Source: Terriglobia bacterium | GTDB taxonomy: Bacteria > Acidobacteriota > Polarisedimenticolia > Polarisedimenticolales > JAIQFR01 | Assembly: GCA_963748015.1 (NCBI GenBank) | Contig: CAVVHE010000006.1 | Coordinates: forward strand, 204,828-268,827 | Direction of reading: 5' to 3' | DNA length: 64,000 nt | Shown here: positions 38,486 through 48,809 of the stretch, piece after piece | Layout: each line of letters starts with the position of its first letter | Numbering within the stretch: the first letter of the stretch is position 1 | Translations under genes and position numbers: made by a program | Notes under the pieces: generated by a model | What the model was told of the DNA's origin: nothing | The model's database searches: none | Seen by the model: the letters and a program-made list of their open reading frames with translations, nothing else

Positions 38486-40927
38486 CTAGGAGCGGATACG
38501 CACGTCCCGCTGCGGGAACGGGATCTCGATCCCGGCCTCGCGGAGCAGCGCGTCGACGCGCACGGTCACGTCGCTCTTCACCTTCAACCACCCCTCGAAG
38601 TCACCGGTCCAGAAGAGGAGAGAGAAGGTCAGCGCGCTTTCGCCGTGGGCCCTGAAGACCGCGAACGGCTCGGGCTCGGCCAGCGTGCTCGGGTGCGAGA
38701 GGGCCGCGTCGCGGAGGAGCGACATCACCTTCGCGGGGTCGGTGCCGTACGCGACGCCGACCTGGATCTCGATGCGGCGATTCCGGTTGGAGAGGGTCCA
38801 GTTGATCAGCTGGTCGGAGACGAGCGTCCCGTTCGGCACGATCACCTCGGCCCCGTCGAAGGTCTCGATCGTGCTCGCGCGCACGCCGATCGTCCGGACA
38901 CGCCCGAGGAGGCCGCCGACCTCCACCGTGTCGCCGGCCTGGATCGGGCGCTCGAACATGAGGATGAGCCCCGACACGAAGTTGTTCACGACCGTCTGCA
39001 GGCCGAAGCCGATCCCGACGCTCAGCGCGCCGAAGACGATGGTGAGGCGGTCGAGCGGGATGCCGGCGACCGCGGCGGCGAGCAGGAAGCCCGCCGTGAT
39101 CACGCCGTACCGGATGAGCATCGTGAGGGTCCCCGGGACCCCGCGCGGAAGGTCGACGCGCGGGAAGACGTCCTCCTCGAGCAGGACCCGGATCAGCCGG
39201 GACAGCAGCACGGACGCGTAGACGGCCGCGAGGAAGACGACGGCCGTCCCAAAAGAGAACCGGAACGCCCCGATGCCCCACTGCCTGTTGAGGAGCGCCG
39301 CCGAGGCACTCAGGAGCACGGAGCCGAGGCCGGTCATCGAAAGGACCCGGAAGGTCCACCACCCGACCGCGAGGAGGTCGATCGCGATCCCGCCCCGCCT
39401 ACGAATCAGCTCCTCGTGACGCGCCAGGGTGCGGATCGAGCGCCCGACTCCGGAGGCGAGGAAGAGCGTGAGCGTTCCCCGGAGGAGCAGCGCCACGGCG
39501 TAGAGCGAAACCGCGAGGTAGGCCGAGCGGACGACGGTGCTCGTCAGGAGCCTCGCGAGCGTGACGTTTCCCAGCACGTTCGAGAACGCGGAGACCACGA
39601 GTGCCGCGAGAGCGATCCGCCCCGCGAGAGTCATCGCGCGCCACCAGCGGTTCGCGAACCCCGCCGCGGCGCGCTTGCCCGGGTAGATCGTCCAGAAGAG
39701 GACGCCGGCCGAGATCACGGTCATGCCGAGCAGGACGAGGCGCTCGAGGACGGAACCCGCCCACGTGAGTTCCCAGATCCGCTCGATCGCGAAGAGTCCG
39801 GCGAGAGCCCAGAGCGGGGCCCGCATCCGGGGCGTCACGACCCCCGTCATCACGGCGAGCAATGGGGCAAGCGTGAGCAGCCAGACGACCTCGTCGAACG
39901 CCAGAGGCGCCCTGGGATGGAATTCCCGGGTCAGAAAGAGGGCAACGAGCGACGCGCCCATGAGAGGCTGCCCGACGACGCTCGCGCAGGCCCGCACGCC
40001 GCGTTCTTTCACCGGCCAGGCTACGATCCGGCGCTTCAGTCGGTAGAACAGCGCCGCGAGCGCGGCGAGGAGCAGCAACTGGCCCAGGATTCTCCCGCCG
40101 GCCTGCTCGGCGTACTGGCGGACGGCGCGGCGGCCCTCGGACAGCGCCGCGCCGATCTCGGAGAGGATCGACCCGCTCTCAGGCGCGGCGGCGAGAGCTC
40201 TCCAGAGCGGCGGGCTCTCGATCACGAGGAGGTTCTTCCGCTCCTCCCGCAGGTCCGCGTCGATCGCGTAGAGCGCCTCCTCCGCGTCGAGCAGCTTTCC
40301 GCTGATCCGGTTCTGCAGCAGGAGGTTCTCGTCGACTCGCTCCCGGAGCGACGTGGCGACCTCCCGGGTCGAGGCGAGAACGCTCTGGGCCCGTTCGACG
40401 ATCTCCGGTGCGCCGGCGCCGGCGGCGAGCTCCTTCTCCGTGGCGCTCCACGTGGCTTCGAGAGCGCGGACCTCGGTGTTGGCCTTGTTCAGCGCGTCGA
40501 GCCGCCGGCCGATCGTGTCCATCCAGTCCCGCAGCACGTCGGCGTGGTTGGTCCACTCTTGGGAGAGGCTGCGGAGGGATCGAGGCGTCTGCTGGCGCGG
40601 CGTCCGCGATCCGGTCCATTCCGCGAGACGGTCGATCGCCTCGAGCCGGCCGGGCAGGGCCGCGGCGATCGAGGCGGTTTCCCTCGTGTGGGACTCAAGG
40701 GACCGGAGCGAGCGAAGCCGGGTCTCGGCGGCCGTCGCGGCGCCCGGCACCGCGGACGCCTCGAGCACCACGGGGGGCGCCGCGCCGGCGGGGGGCGTCC
40801 CCTGGGCCGGGGCGGCTGCCGGGGAAGAGGGGGCGGCGGGCGTCGGCGCCCCGGGGAGGACCTTGCCTCCCTGGACGCACGCCACGCCAAGGCAGGAGAC
40901 GAGCGCGACCAGCAGCAGCCTCTTCAT
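38486..40927 (-). CDS. MscS-family mechanosensitive channel (large, MscK-like)
   Basis: GIGFGLQTVVNNFVSG, ERPIQAGD, IVPN, IEIPFPQRD; periplasmic coiled coil; ATG 40927 with GGAGG RBS. Confidence 0.92.
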   Translation of the reverse strand: MKRLLLVALVSCLGVACVQGGKVLPGAPTPAAPSSPAAAPAQGTPPAGAAPPVVLEASAVPGAATAAETRLRSLRSLESHTRETASIAAALPGRLEAIDRLAEWTGSRTPRQQTPRSLRSLSQEWTNHADVLRDWMDTIGRRLDALNKANTEVRALEATWSATEKELAAGAGAPEIVERAQSVLASTREVATSLRERVDENLLLQNRISGKLLDAEEALYAIDADLREERKNLLVIESPPLWRALAAAPESGSILSEIGAALSEGRRAVRQYAEQAGGRILGQLLLLAALAALFYRLKRRIVAWPVKERGVRACASVVGQPLMGASLVALFLTREFHPRAPLAFDEVVWLLTLAPLLAVMTGVVTPRMRAPLWALAGLFAIERIWELTWAGSVLERLVLLGMTVISAGVLFWTIYPGKRAAAGFANRWWRAMTLAGRIALAALVVSAFSNVLGNVTLARLLTSTVVRSAYLAVSLYAVALLLRGTLTLFLASGVGRSIRTLARHEELIRRRGGIAIDLLAVGWWTFRVLSMTGLGSVLLSASAALLNRQWGIGAFRFSFGTAVVFLAAVYASVLLSRLIRVLLEEDVFPRVDLPRGVPGTLTMLIRYGVITAGFLLAAAVAGIPLDRLTIVFGALSVGIGFGLQTVVNNFVSGLILMFERPIQAGDTVEVGGLLGRVRTIGVRASTIETFDGAEVIVPNGTLVSDQLINWTLSNRNRRIEIQVGVAYGTDPAKVMSLLRDAALSHPSTLAEPEPFAVFRAHGESALTFSLLFWTGDFEGWLKVKSDVTVRVDALLREAGIEIPFPQRDVRIRS

Positions 40928-41114
40928 CGGTCCCCCTCCGATCGGGACGAAGGGCGCGATTCTATCAGCCGTTGGGGCGATTCCAGGCACCCCGTCGCGC
41001 AAGCGCTTGGCACGGACCCTGTCGAGGCTGCAGAATCCTCGTTGCCGGAACGGGTTCGAGAGGAGTCGGCGTTCCCGGAGCGCGATCCCGCCGGGGACGG
41101 AGGAGGGTTCGAGC

Positions 41115-42089
41115 GTGAGCGGTTCTCGCCTGTTCGACAACATCCTGACGCCGCCGATTCTCTTCTTCTTCCTCGGCATGACGGCGACGTGGCTTCGTTC
41201 GGACCTGACGATCCCGCAGCCGGTCGCGAAGTTCCTGTCGCTCTACCTCCTCTTCTCGATCGGTTTCCACGGCGGGGTGGAACTGGCCAGGGGAGGGCTC
41301 GCGGCCGGAGCGATGCTGGGACTCGGCGCGGCGGTCCTCTTCGCGTTCGCGGCGCCGGTCTGGTCGTTCTTCGCCCTGCGCTTCCGGCTGGACCCGCTCA
41401 ACGCCGCGGCGGTCGCGGCGACGTACGGCTCGGTCAGCGCGGTGACGTTCATCACCGCGGGGTCCTTCCTAGACGGCCTCGGAATCCCGTACGGCGGCCA
41501 CATGGTGGCGGCGATGGCCCTGATGGAATCTCCCGCGATCGTCGTGGGCGTGCTGCTGGCCCGCCGGTTCGGCGGCGCGGAAGACGCGCCGGAGGAGAGG
41601 GCGGGATGGCGCGAGCTGCTGCGCGAGGCCTTCCTCAACGGGGCCGTCTTCCTCCTCCTGGGCAGCCTCTTGATCGGCGTCCTGACCGGCGAGAAGGGGT
41701 GGGAGGCGGTGAAGCCGCTGGCGCACGAGCCCTTCAAGGGGGTGCTGTGCGTCTTCCTCCTCGACATGGGACTGGTGGCGGCGAAGCGCCTGCGCGATCT
41801 CCGGTCGTCCGGGGTGTTCCTCGTCTCGTTCGCGCTCGTCGCGCCGCCCGTGCACGCCGCGATCGGGATCGCGACGGGGTGGGCGCTGGGCCTCGGCCGC
41901 GGCGATGCGCTTCTGCTCGCGGTCCTCTGCGCGAGCGCGTCCTACATCGCCGTCCCCGCCGCCATGAAGCTCTCGATTCCGAAAGCGAGCCCGAGCCTCT
42001 ACGTGCCGATGGCGCTCGCGGTCACGTTCCCCTTCAACATCGCCGTCGGCATCCCTCTCTATCTCGCCGTCATCGACGCGCTACGGTAG
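41115..42089 (+). CDS. sbtA: SbtA family sodium-dependent bicarbonate transporter
   Basis: PILFFFLG, YGSVSAVTF, LMESPAI, SASYIAVPAA, TFPFNI; GTG start after GGAGGAGG. Confidence 0.9.
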   Translation: MSGSRLFDNILTPPILFFFLGMTATWLRSDLTIPQPVAKFLSLYLLFSIGFHGGVELARGGLAAGAMLGLGAAVLFAFAAPVWSFFALRFRLDPLNAAAVAATYGSVSAVTFITAGSFLDGLGIPYGGHMVAAMALMESPAIVVGVLLARRFGGAEDAPEERAGWRELLREAFLNGAVFLLLGSLLIGVLTGEKGWEAVKPLAHEPFKGVLCVFLLDMGLVAAKRLRDLRSSGVFLVSFALVAPPVHAAIGIATGWALGLGRGDALLLAVLCASASYIAVPAAMKLSIPKASPSLYVPMALAVTFPFNIAVGIPLYLAVIDALR

Positions 42090-42095
42090 GACCCC

Positions 42096-42389
42096 ATGAG
42101 GCCGATGAAGAAGCTCGAGATCGTGATCGACACCCCGCACCTCGACGAGATCCTCCGCCTGCTCGACCGCGCCGGCGTGTCGGGCTACACGGTCGTCCAC
42201 GACGTGACCGGGCGGGGGGAGCGCGGCGAGCGCTCGGGGGACGACCTCACGGACGTATTCACCAACTGCCTCGTGCTGGCAGCCTGCTCGCCCGAGACGA
42301 TCGACGCGGTCGCCGAGGAGCTCCGCGGCGTCCTGCGGCGCCATGGGGGAATCTGCCTGGTCTCCGAGGCCGCCTGGCTCGCGCATTAG
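42096..42389 (+). CDS. sbtB: SbtB / P-II-like regulator
   Basis: KKLEIVI...GVSGYTV..VTGRGERG; 6 nt downstream of sbtA. Confidence 0.88.
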   Translation: MRPMKKLEIVIDTPHLDEILRLLDRAGVSGYTVVHDVTGRGERGERSGDDLTDVFTNCLVLAACSPETIDAVAEELRGVLRRHGGICLVSEAAWLAH

Positions 42390-42411
42390 CGCGGGGTGCC
42401 GGACAGGCGGA

Positions 42412-44325
42412 CTAGGCGGGCGCTGCAGGGGAGGCGTCCTCGACGGGCGCGGCGGGACGGGGCCGAGGGCCGCCGCGCGGCGGCCCGGGCCGGCTGCGGA
42501 GGCTGAGCCAGAAGCGGTCGGGGAGCACGCCGATCGCGATGAGCACGAGCTGGCTCGCCATGAACGCCATGAGCCAAATGAAGGCGGCGTCCATGAAGCC
42601 GTAGCTGTGCAGGCCGATGCCGAGCATGTTCATGCCGAACCACGACCAGCCCGTCACGATGTTGCCGAAGATCGCCATGTTCATCAGGCCGCGCTCGCGC
42701 ACGATGCCGCCCCAGCGCGCGTGCAGGATCAGCGCGTTCCACAGGACGATGATCAGCGCGCCGTTCTCCTTCGGATCCCAGCCCCAGAAGCGGCCCCAGG
42801 ACTGGTCCGCCCAGATCCCGCCCAGGACGGTGCCGACGAAGCTGAACAGCGTCGCGAAGCAGACGATGCCGTAAACCATGCGCGCCAGCGCCGAGCCGGT
42901 CGCCGCGTCGAGCGTCCGGGTGAAGGCGCCGCGCAGGATGTAGAGGATCGCGAGGAAGCCCGCGACGAAGGTGCTCGAGTAGCCGATCGTGACCGCGACG
43001 ACGTGGGTCGCCAGCCAGAAATTCGTGTCGAGCACCGCGCGCATCATCTCCATCGTGTCGCCGCCGAGGGCGAGGTTGTGCGCGATGATCAGCGTGATGA
43101 ACCCCATCGAGGACGCTACCGCGGAGCCGATGCCGTCGCGGTAGAACCGCTCGAGCACCATGCCGAGCACGACCGCGCCCCAGCCGATGAAGATGGCGGA
43201 CGAGTACAGGTTGGTGACGGGCGGGCGCCCCTCGAGCCACATGCGGAACACGAGCCCCGACGTGTGCACCACGAAAGCGAGCACGATCAGGTACGCGGCC
43301 GTCCGCCGCAGCGTCGCCGCGCCGTTCGCCCACGAGGCGCAGGCGAGCAGGAACGCGAGGACGTAGACGACCATGGCCGCGTAGAAAGGCTGCAGGCGGT
43401 TGAAAAGGAGCTCGCGCCCGGCCTTGGCCAGCTCCTTGGGGGAGCTCGCCGCGAGCGAGGAGCGATAGGCGGCGACGGCCCGGCTGAAGCCGCCCGTGTC
43501 GCCGGCCCGGAAGGCGGCGGCGATGGCGGCGTAGTCGCGCGCGGCCTCGGGCACCTTTCCCGTGCGCGCCGCCTCCTTCAGCGCGTTGCCCATGCGCATC
43601 CACTCGTCGCTCGAGTGCCCGGGGGCCTGCGGCGGGACGACGAGCGGCGGGTCGAAGGCGGTCATGGCGTCGAAACGGCGCAGGAAGACGGCGAGGCGGT
43701 CGCCGGCCGCTCCCGCGCCGCGCGCCGCGACGAGGGTCTCGAACTCCGCCAGATCTCGAGGCCAGTCCGCGGCGTCCACGGGAACGAGCGCGTTCTTGAG
43801 GCCGACGTACAGCGTCAGCTGCCGCTCGAGCTTCAGGACGGCGCGGTCGTACGGGGTCCGGTGGGACTCCTCGATGGCGAATACGCGCGTCGTCTCCCGC
43901 TCGAGCGTCGTGAACGAGGGCTGGATCTGGTTCCAGGAATAGTGCTTCCCGTCGGACCGCTTCCCGGCGTCCTTCTCGGGGAGGCTCAACTGCGAGATCA
44001 GCTCGGGGTGGTCCACGCGGAACACCGGCCAGCCGTCCGCCACCTCGGGGGTCATCGTCACCGCGGCGAGCCACTCGATGGCGGGGAGGATCTTCGGCCG
44101 GTCGAGCGCTCCCTTCCAGGGCTCGAGGTTGGCGGACTGTTTCTCGCGAATGAGGAGAAGGGAGTTGCGCGCCACGGAGTCCATCGGCTGGCAGCGCCCG
44201 TTGGTCACGAGGGGCAGCCGCCCGAACTCCGAAAACGCGAAGCCGGCGTCCGGCCGCTGGCGCAGCCCCGCCAGGATCCACAGCGCCATGGTGGCGGCGA
44301 CCGCGAGCGGGATCCACTTCTTCAT
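42412..44325 (-). CDS. ccsA: System II cytochrome c synthase CcsA/ResC, long form
   Basis: WWD motif WADQSWGRFWGWDPKE, GLHSY, PVTNLY; large N-terminal soluble domain. Confidence 0.92.
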   Translation of the reverse strand: MKKWIPLAVAATMALWILAGLRQRPDAGFAFSEFGRLPLVTNGRCQPMDSVARNSLLLIREKQSANLEPWKGALDRPKILPAIEWLAAVTMTPEVADGWPVFRVDHPELISQLSLPEKDAGKRSDGKHYSWNQIQPSFTTLERETTRVFAIEESHRTPYDRAVLKLERQLTLYVGLKNALVPVDAADWPRDLAEFETLVAARGAGAAGDRLAVFLRRFDAMTAFDPPLVVPPQAPGHSSDEWMRMGNALKEAARTGKVPEAARDYAAIAAAFRAGDTGGFSRAVAAYRSSLAASSPKELAKAGRELLFNRLQPFYAAMVVYVLAFLLACASWANGAATLRRTAAYLIVLAFVVHTSGLVFRMWLEGRPPVTNLYSSAIFIGWGAVVLGMVLERFYRDGIGSAVASSMGFITLIIAHNLALGGDTMEMMRAVLDTNFWLATHVVAVTIGYSSTFVAGFLAILYILRGAFTRTLDAATGSALARMVYGIVCFATLFSFVGTVLGGIWADQSWGRFWGWDPKENGALIIVLWNALILHARWGGIVRERGLMNMAIFGNIVTGWSWFGMNMLGIGLHSYGFMDAAFIWLMAFMASQLVLIAIGVLPDRFWLSLRSRPGPPRGGPRPRPAAPVEDASPAAPA

Positions 44326-45572
44326 GCCGCCCTCTTCCTCGAGACGAACCGGACGAGATGGAGCATGAACTGGATGATCATGCCGAGCCCGACGATGATG
44401 CAGCCGGCGTACGGCGTGAGCCAGGACGGGTTGCGAACGACCTGGAGCGTGCTCGTGCCCCGATTGAATGCCAGATCGTCGCGCCCCATCTGGAACTGGT
44501 AGAACGTCAGCCCGCCGTAGCGGAGCGGGCTGTTCATGTAGATCTCCACCTCGCGGTTCTCGCCCGACGCCGCGTTGTCGATGCGCACCCGGCTACGGAA
44601 GTCCTTGGGGATGTCGGTGCCCGGGTAGACCCTGTGGGTCGTCTTGAGCAGGGTGAGCGAGTACGGCTTGTAGACCCTGGCCGGGCGCAGCGCGAGCGAC
44701 CAGGTCTTGCCGCCGGCGTCGACCGTCTGCGGCTCGGTCAGGCGCGAAGCGATCTGCCGCGCCATCGCCGGGCCCATGTCCTGCGCGTAGCTCATCCGGA
44801 CGGCCGCGGCCATCCGCTCGTCGCCCGACCAGCCCGACGCGGCCCACGTCCCCAGCGTCCCTCCCTCGCCCGACAGCTCGACGACGGCGGTGGGGACGTT
44901 GCGCGAGTCCATGCTGCGCGTCTCCTGCACGTGCCGGAAGTCGAAGAACTTCGCGACGCCGTTCGGCGCCAGGGGCGGCCCGTTCTGCACCATCGGCGCG
45001 CGGAACGCGGGCTCGGAATTCGGCCAGTAGCTCTTCACTCGCACGGTGAACGGGAGGTCGCGATGCCCGAGTTCCCCTCCCCGCGCGAGGAGCCGCGCCG
45101 GGATCGCCACGACCTGCTGCGTGCTCTCGTCCGCGTCGGCGACGAACGCCAGCTCGTAACTCATCGAGCTCTCGGAGTAGTTGCGCGTCTCCCCCTCGGC
45201 GAAGTGCATCTCGGTCTCGCGCGAGAACATGTCCGTCGCGAGCTGCCCGGCGAGCAGCAGGATGACGCCCGCGTGGGTCAGGTGGATGCCGAGCTTCCGC
45301 CACTTCCACTGGAACCGCAGGGCGTGCGCGGCGACGAGGTTGGCGAACAGCAGGGTGCCGAGGAGGTAGCCGCCGGGAAGGGGGACCGGGACCTTCCAGC
45401 CGAAGAAGCTGATCCCCCAGACGACCCATTGCTTGAAGTATCGCTGCTGCGCCTGGTAGAGACCCTCGTCCGCCTGCGCGATCGTTCCCACGAACACCAA
45501 CAGGATGCCGAGGGCCAGCAACACGACGGTGAGGCGCAGCGACGCGAAGAATTTCCAGATGCGCTCGCCCAT
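44322..45572 (-). CDS. ResB/CcsB-like cytochrome c biogenesis protein
   Basis: SLRLTVVLL..GTIAQ, GIHLTH, MNSPLRYGGLTFYQ; ATGA overlap with ccsA. Confidence 0.85.
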   Translation of the reverse strand: MGERIWKFFASLRLTVVLLALGILLVFVGTIAQADEGLYQAQQRYFKQWVVWGISFFGWKVPVPLPGGYLLGTLLFANLVAAHALRFQWKWRKLGIHLTHAGVILLLAGQLATDMFSRETEMHFAEGETRNYSESSMSYELAFVADADESTQQVVAIPARLLARGGELGHRDLPFTVRVKSYWPNSEPAFRAPMVQNGPPLAPNGVAKFFDFRHVQETRSMDSRNVPTAVVELSGEGGTLGTWAASGWSGDERMAAAVRMSYAQDMGPAMARQIASRLTEPQTVDAGGKTWSLALRPARVYKPYSLTLLKTTHRVYPGTDIPKDFRSRVRIDNAASGENREVEIYMNSPLRYGGLTFYQFQMGRDDLAFNRGTSTLQVVRNPSWLTPYAGCIIVGLGMIIQFMLHLVRFVSRKRAA

Positions 45573-45575
45573 GAG

Positions 45576-46184
45576 CTACGGCTCCGACTTCGCGAAGGCC
45601 GCGAACGCGTCGATCTCGGGAGCGACGGCCGCCGCGTCGCCCAGGAGCTTGTAGAAGTACCACTGGCCGCCGCGCGGCACGATCGCCGCGACGAGCTGCC
45701 GGCCGCGGTTGCTAATGTTGACGAGGATCGCGCCGGGTGTTCTCGGATCGAGCGGCGTGGCCTGGCGCGAAAGCTCGTCTTCGGAGATGGGGGAGAGGCC
45801 GATCTGCCCTCGCCAGCGGTTGACGTTGCTCAGCGCGCCACCGGTCTCGCTCGTGAACACGCTGACGCTGACCTCGGCGTGCGCGTCGCCGCGGTCCGGC
45901 ACGGAGAACCTCGCCATCTGCATCTGGCCAGCGGCGAGCGGCTTCCAGCCGCCCGGCACCTTCCACCGTACGGACGGCTGCGCCTCCGGCTCCAGGCCGG
46001 CGACGCGCGCTTCCGCCGGAGCGGCGGTCACGATTTCCTTGGGGACGCGATAGGAGGCGATGGGCGGATCGCCGCAGCCGGTCAGGCAGAGCGCCGCGGC
46101 CACGAAACCGCCGACGGCCCAGCCGATTCCGATGAACCGCCGGCGTCCACGCACACTACAAACGAGGCTCTTGGGGATTCCCAT
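45576..46184 (-). CDS. Uncharacterised lipoprotein leading the ccs operon
   Basis: Lipobox LTGC; WKVPGGW, NVNRWRGQIGL, WYFYKLLG; start uncertain. Confidence 0.75.
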   Translation of the reverse strand: MGIPKSLVCSVRGRRRFIGIGWAVGGFVAAALCLTGCGDPPIASYRVPKEIVTAAPAEARVAGLEPEAQPSVRWKVPGGWKPLAAGQMQMARFSVPDRGDAHAEVSVSVFTSETGGALSNVNRWRGQIGLSPISEDELSRQATPLDPRTPGAILVNISNRGRQLVAAIVPRGGQWYFYKLLGDAAAVAPEIDAFAAFAKSEP

Positions 46185-46329
46185 CGAGCCTACACGCTAT
46201 GCCCTGTCGGGGCGGCAGGCAAACGGGAACCCGACCGGGGTCAAGAAAACCGCCGCAAGCTCGCGCTGCGGCGCGGCGCCGGGAGTTCGCCCCGTGCCGT
46301 TGAACCCGCCCGAGGCCGGCCGTCCCGGC

Positions 46330-47823
46330 CTACCTCTTTGCCGCTACGACGCGCGCGACCGGCAGCGCCTTCCTCGCCTCGGCGTGCTTGCGGAAACGCG
46401 GGTACTGGAACACGCCGTAGAGCGAGACAGGTTCGAGGAGCAGCGCCGCGCGCACGGCGGACTCGCCTTGCAGGGGAACCCAGAGCGAGCCGGCCAGCAG
46501 CTCGAGCGGCCCGGCCTTCTCGCGGCGGACGATCTGCCTCCCCTCGTAACGGGAGTAGAGGTCGTCGAACTCGTCCTCGATCCGGAGCAAGGTGCACCGC
46601 TCGGCCGTGACGGGCCAAGGAGACGCGATCTCCTCGAAAGGGATCCCGTGCCGGTCGAGGAGCACCCTGAAGTCCGCCGCGGCGCGCGGCTCGACGGCGT
46701 ACCCGGCCGGCGTGGGCACCGACGACTTGACGGCGAGCGTCGTCATCAGGTTCGCGGTGGGGATCAGGAGCTTCTTCCCTGTCGCGGCGTCCATCACCGG
46801 GAACTCGCCGATCGTCATGCCGGGGTTGACCCAGAGGTAGTTGGTCGGGATGAAGGGGGGCAGCGGGCGCCCGCGAAGCAGCTCGACCAGGGCGGCGTCG
46901 TTCGCGTGCCCCGCGCCCTCCCTCACGAAGCGCCAGAGCAGCGCGAGGTACGCGTCCACGCGGCTGGGAAGGTCGGGAGGAGGCGCGCCGGTATCCTTGA
47001 GCGCCGCGGCCTCGATGATGAACGAGAGGCCGCCGTACATGCCGATCGCGTTGAGGCCGCCGTCGATGTCGGGAGCGGAGTGGCGCTGCTCCTCGTCCGG
47101 CGGCATCCCGCCGACGGTGTAGCGGTAGAACGGGTGCCCTTTGGCCGCCAGGAAGTCCGCCGACTCGTCCACCCAGCCCCGGGCGGCGGCGATCAGGGCG
47201 AAATCGAACAGCGGGTTGTTCAGGCCGTCCATCGTGATGTCCGGCCACGTCCTCCAGCCCCTCGCGCGGCGCGCGTCGGAGTCCCGCCCGAACTCGTGGC
47301 AGTCCACCGCCACGTGCGGGCGCACCCGGCGGGCGACGCGGTGGAGCGCTTGCGTCTCCGGCTGCTCCAGCGCGATGTGGTCCCGGTTGAGATCGGCTCC
47401 CGCCGCGTTCCGCCGCTTCCCCGCCTCGGCCCCGTCCGGGTTCATCATCGGGAAGATAGAGAGCTCCACACCCTGCGGCAGCAGCTCGGGACGGCGGGCG
47501 ATGTCCCTCACCATGAAGAGGAGCGCGTCCTTCCCCGACGGCTCGTCGCCGTGCTGCTGGGCGTAGAACAGGATGCGGAAGCGCGCCGTCCCCCCGTGGG
47601 TCGCGCGAACGAGGTAGACCGACCGGCCTTCCGAGGTCTTCGCCTCCTCCGTGACGGAGACCGGCCCCTTGCCGTTCACCTCGGCGAGGAGCGCCGCCAT
47701 CTCGGCGTACGAGACCGTTCGCGCGAGCGCGCGGTGGTCCTCGGGGAGCGGCGCGGCGGCTGCGCGCGCGGCGGTGGCGAGGACGAGCAGGGCAAGGGCG
47801 TGGCGGAGATGCCGGGTTGCCAT
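46330..47823 (-). CDS. Secreted M14 family zinc carboxypeptidase-like hydrolase
   Basis: Signal peptide; QHGDE, NPDG, DLNRD, DCHE. Confidence 0.88.
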   Translation of the reverse strand: MATRHLRHALALLVLATAARAAAAPLPEDHRALARTVSYAEMAALLAEVNGKGPVSVTEEAKTSEGRSVYLVRATHGGTARFRILFYAQQHGDEPSGKDALLFMVRDIARRPELLPQGVELSIFPMMNPDGAEAGKRRNAAGADLNRDHIALEQPETQALHRVARRVRPHVAVDCHEFGRDSDARRARGWRTWPDITMDGLNNPLFDFALIAAARGWVDESADFLAAKGHPFYRYTVGGMPPDEEQRHSAPDIDGGLNAIGMYGGLSFIIEAAALKDTGAPPPDLPSRVDAYLALLWRFVREGAGHANDAALVELLRGRPLPPFIPTNYLWVNPGMTIGEFPVMDAATGKKLLIPTANLMTTLAVKSSVPTPAGYAVEPRAAADFRVLLDRHGIPFEEIASPWPVTAERCTLLRIEDEFDDLYSRYEGRQIVRREKAGPLELLAGSLWVPLQGESAVRAALLLEPVSLYGVFQYPRFRKHAEARKALPVARVVAAKR

Positions 47824-47837
47824 CGCAGGCTCCTAGC

Positions 47838-48770
47838 TCAGGGGTGCGCGGGTGCGGTGTCCCGGCTCGCGCCCAAGCCGTAGACCCGCGCGGCGTTGTC
47901 GTGGAACACGGCGCGCCAGTGCTCCCTGGGGATCGCGCGCTTGAACGCCTCGAGGTACGGGCCGATCCGGGTGAGGGGCCAGTCGGTGCCGAACATGAGC
48001 TTCTTCGGATCGGCGACGTAGCCGAAGATCCAGCGCACCGGCTTGACCACGTACTCCTCGATCGCCTCGGGAGGGAAGCGGTCGAGGTCGCCGATCAGGA
48101 ACGCCGAGCCGTCGAGGACGACGTTTCGGTTCTTGTAGGCCACCTCCGCGGCCGACTCGATCCACGGGTTGCCGGCGTGAGCCAGCACGAAGGTGACGTC
48201 GGGATGCTCCACCGCCACCTCGTCCACCGTGAGCGGGTCGGCGTACTTGAGCTTGGCGCGGGGGGAGTCCGTGTCGCCGGTGTGGAACACCACGGGCACG
48301 CGGTACTTCGCGGCGAGGCGGTACGCCGGCTCGTAGGCCGGGTCGGACGCGTACCGGTGCACGTACCCGAGGTAGATCTTGATGCACCGGTACCGGCCGG
48401 ACGCGAGGCCTTTCTCGACCGGCTCCATGTCGAGCGGCCCGTCGAGGCCCGCGCAGTGGACGACGTGGAGCTCCGACAGGTCCTCGTAAGGCTTCCCGTC
48501 GTGGTCCATCGCGACGGCGCCGACGACGCGGTTCTTCGTCATCTCCGCGGCCAGCCCCGAGCGGCTCTCGTCCACCTTGCTGTCCGGGTCCACCTGGCCG
48601 CTGAACGACGCGTGGAGGTGGGCGTCGATGACCTGAAGCGGCGCTTCGCCGTCCGGTGCGTTCGCGGCGTCCGCCGCCGCGGCCTTCTTCTCGTGCACGT
48701 TCACCGACAAGGCGCAGCCGCCCGCTACGAGCGCGACCACGACCGCGAGCACGGCCCTACGGCTCCTCAT
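47838..48770 (-). CDS. Amidohydrolase_2 family metallohydrolase, probable lipoprotein
   Basis: IDAHLH, FHTG, LAHAG, FGTDWP; AGGC lipobox-like motif. Confidence 0.88.
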   Translation of the reverse strand: MRSRRAVLAVVVALVAGGCALSVNVHEKKAAAADAANAPDGEAPLQVIDAHLHASFSGQVDPDSKVDESRSGLAAEMTKNRVVGAVAMDHDGKPYEDLSELHVVHCAGLDGPLDMEPVEKGLASGRYRCIKIYLGYVHRYASDPAYEPAYRLAAKYRVPVVFHTGDTDSPRAKLKYADPLTVDEVAVEHPDVTFVLAHAGNPWIESAAEVAYKNRNVVLDGSAFLIGDLDRFPPEAIEEYVVKPVRWIFGYVADPKKLMFGTDWPLTRIGPYLEAFKRAIPREHWRAVFHDNAARVYGLGASRDTAPAHP

Positions 48771-48809
48771 CGTCGTCTTCTCCTCGGCCCGGCGGTCGCG
48801 GGCGGCCGA

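Noticed and set aside
41008..41022. Possible sigma54 promoter upstream of sbtA (TGGCACG-N4-CTGT)
   Set aside because: The -24 element fits but the essential -12 GC reads GT.
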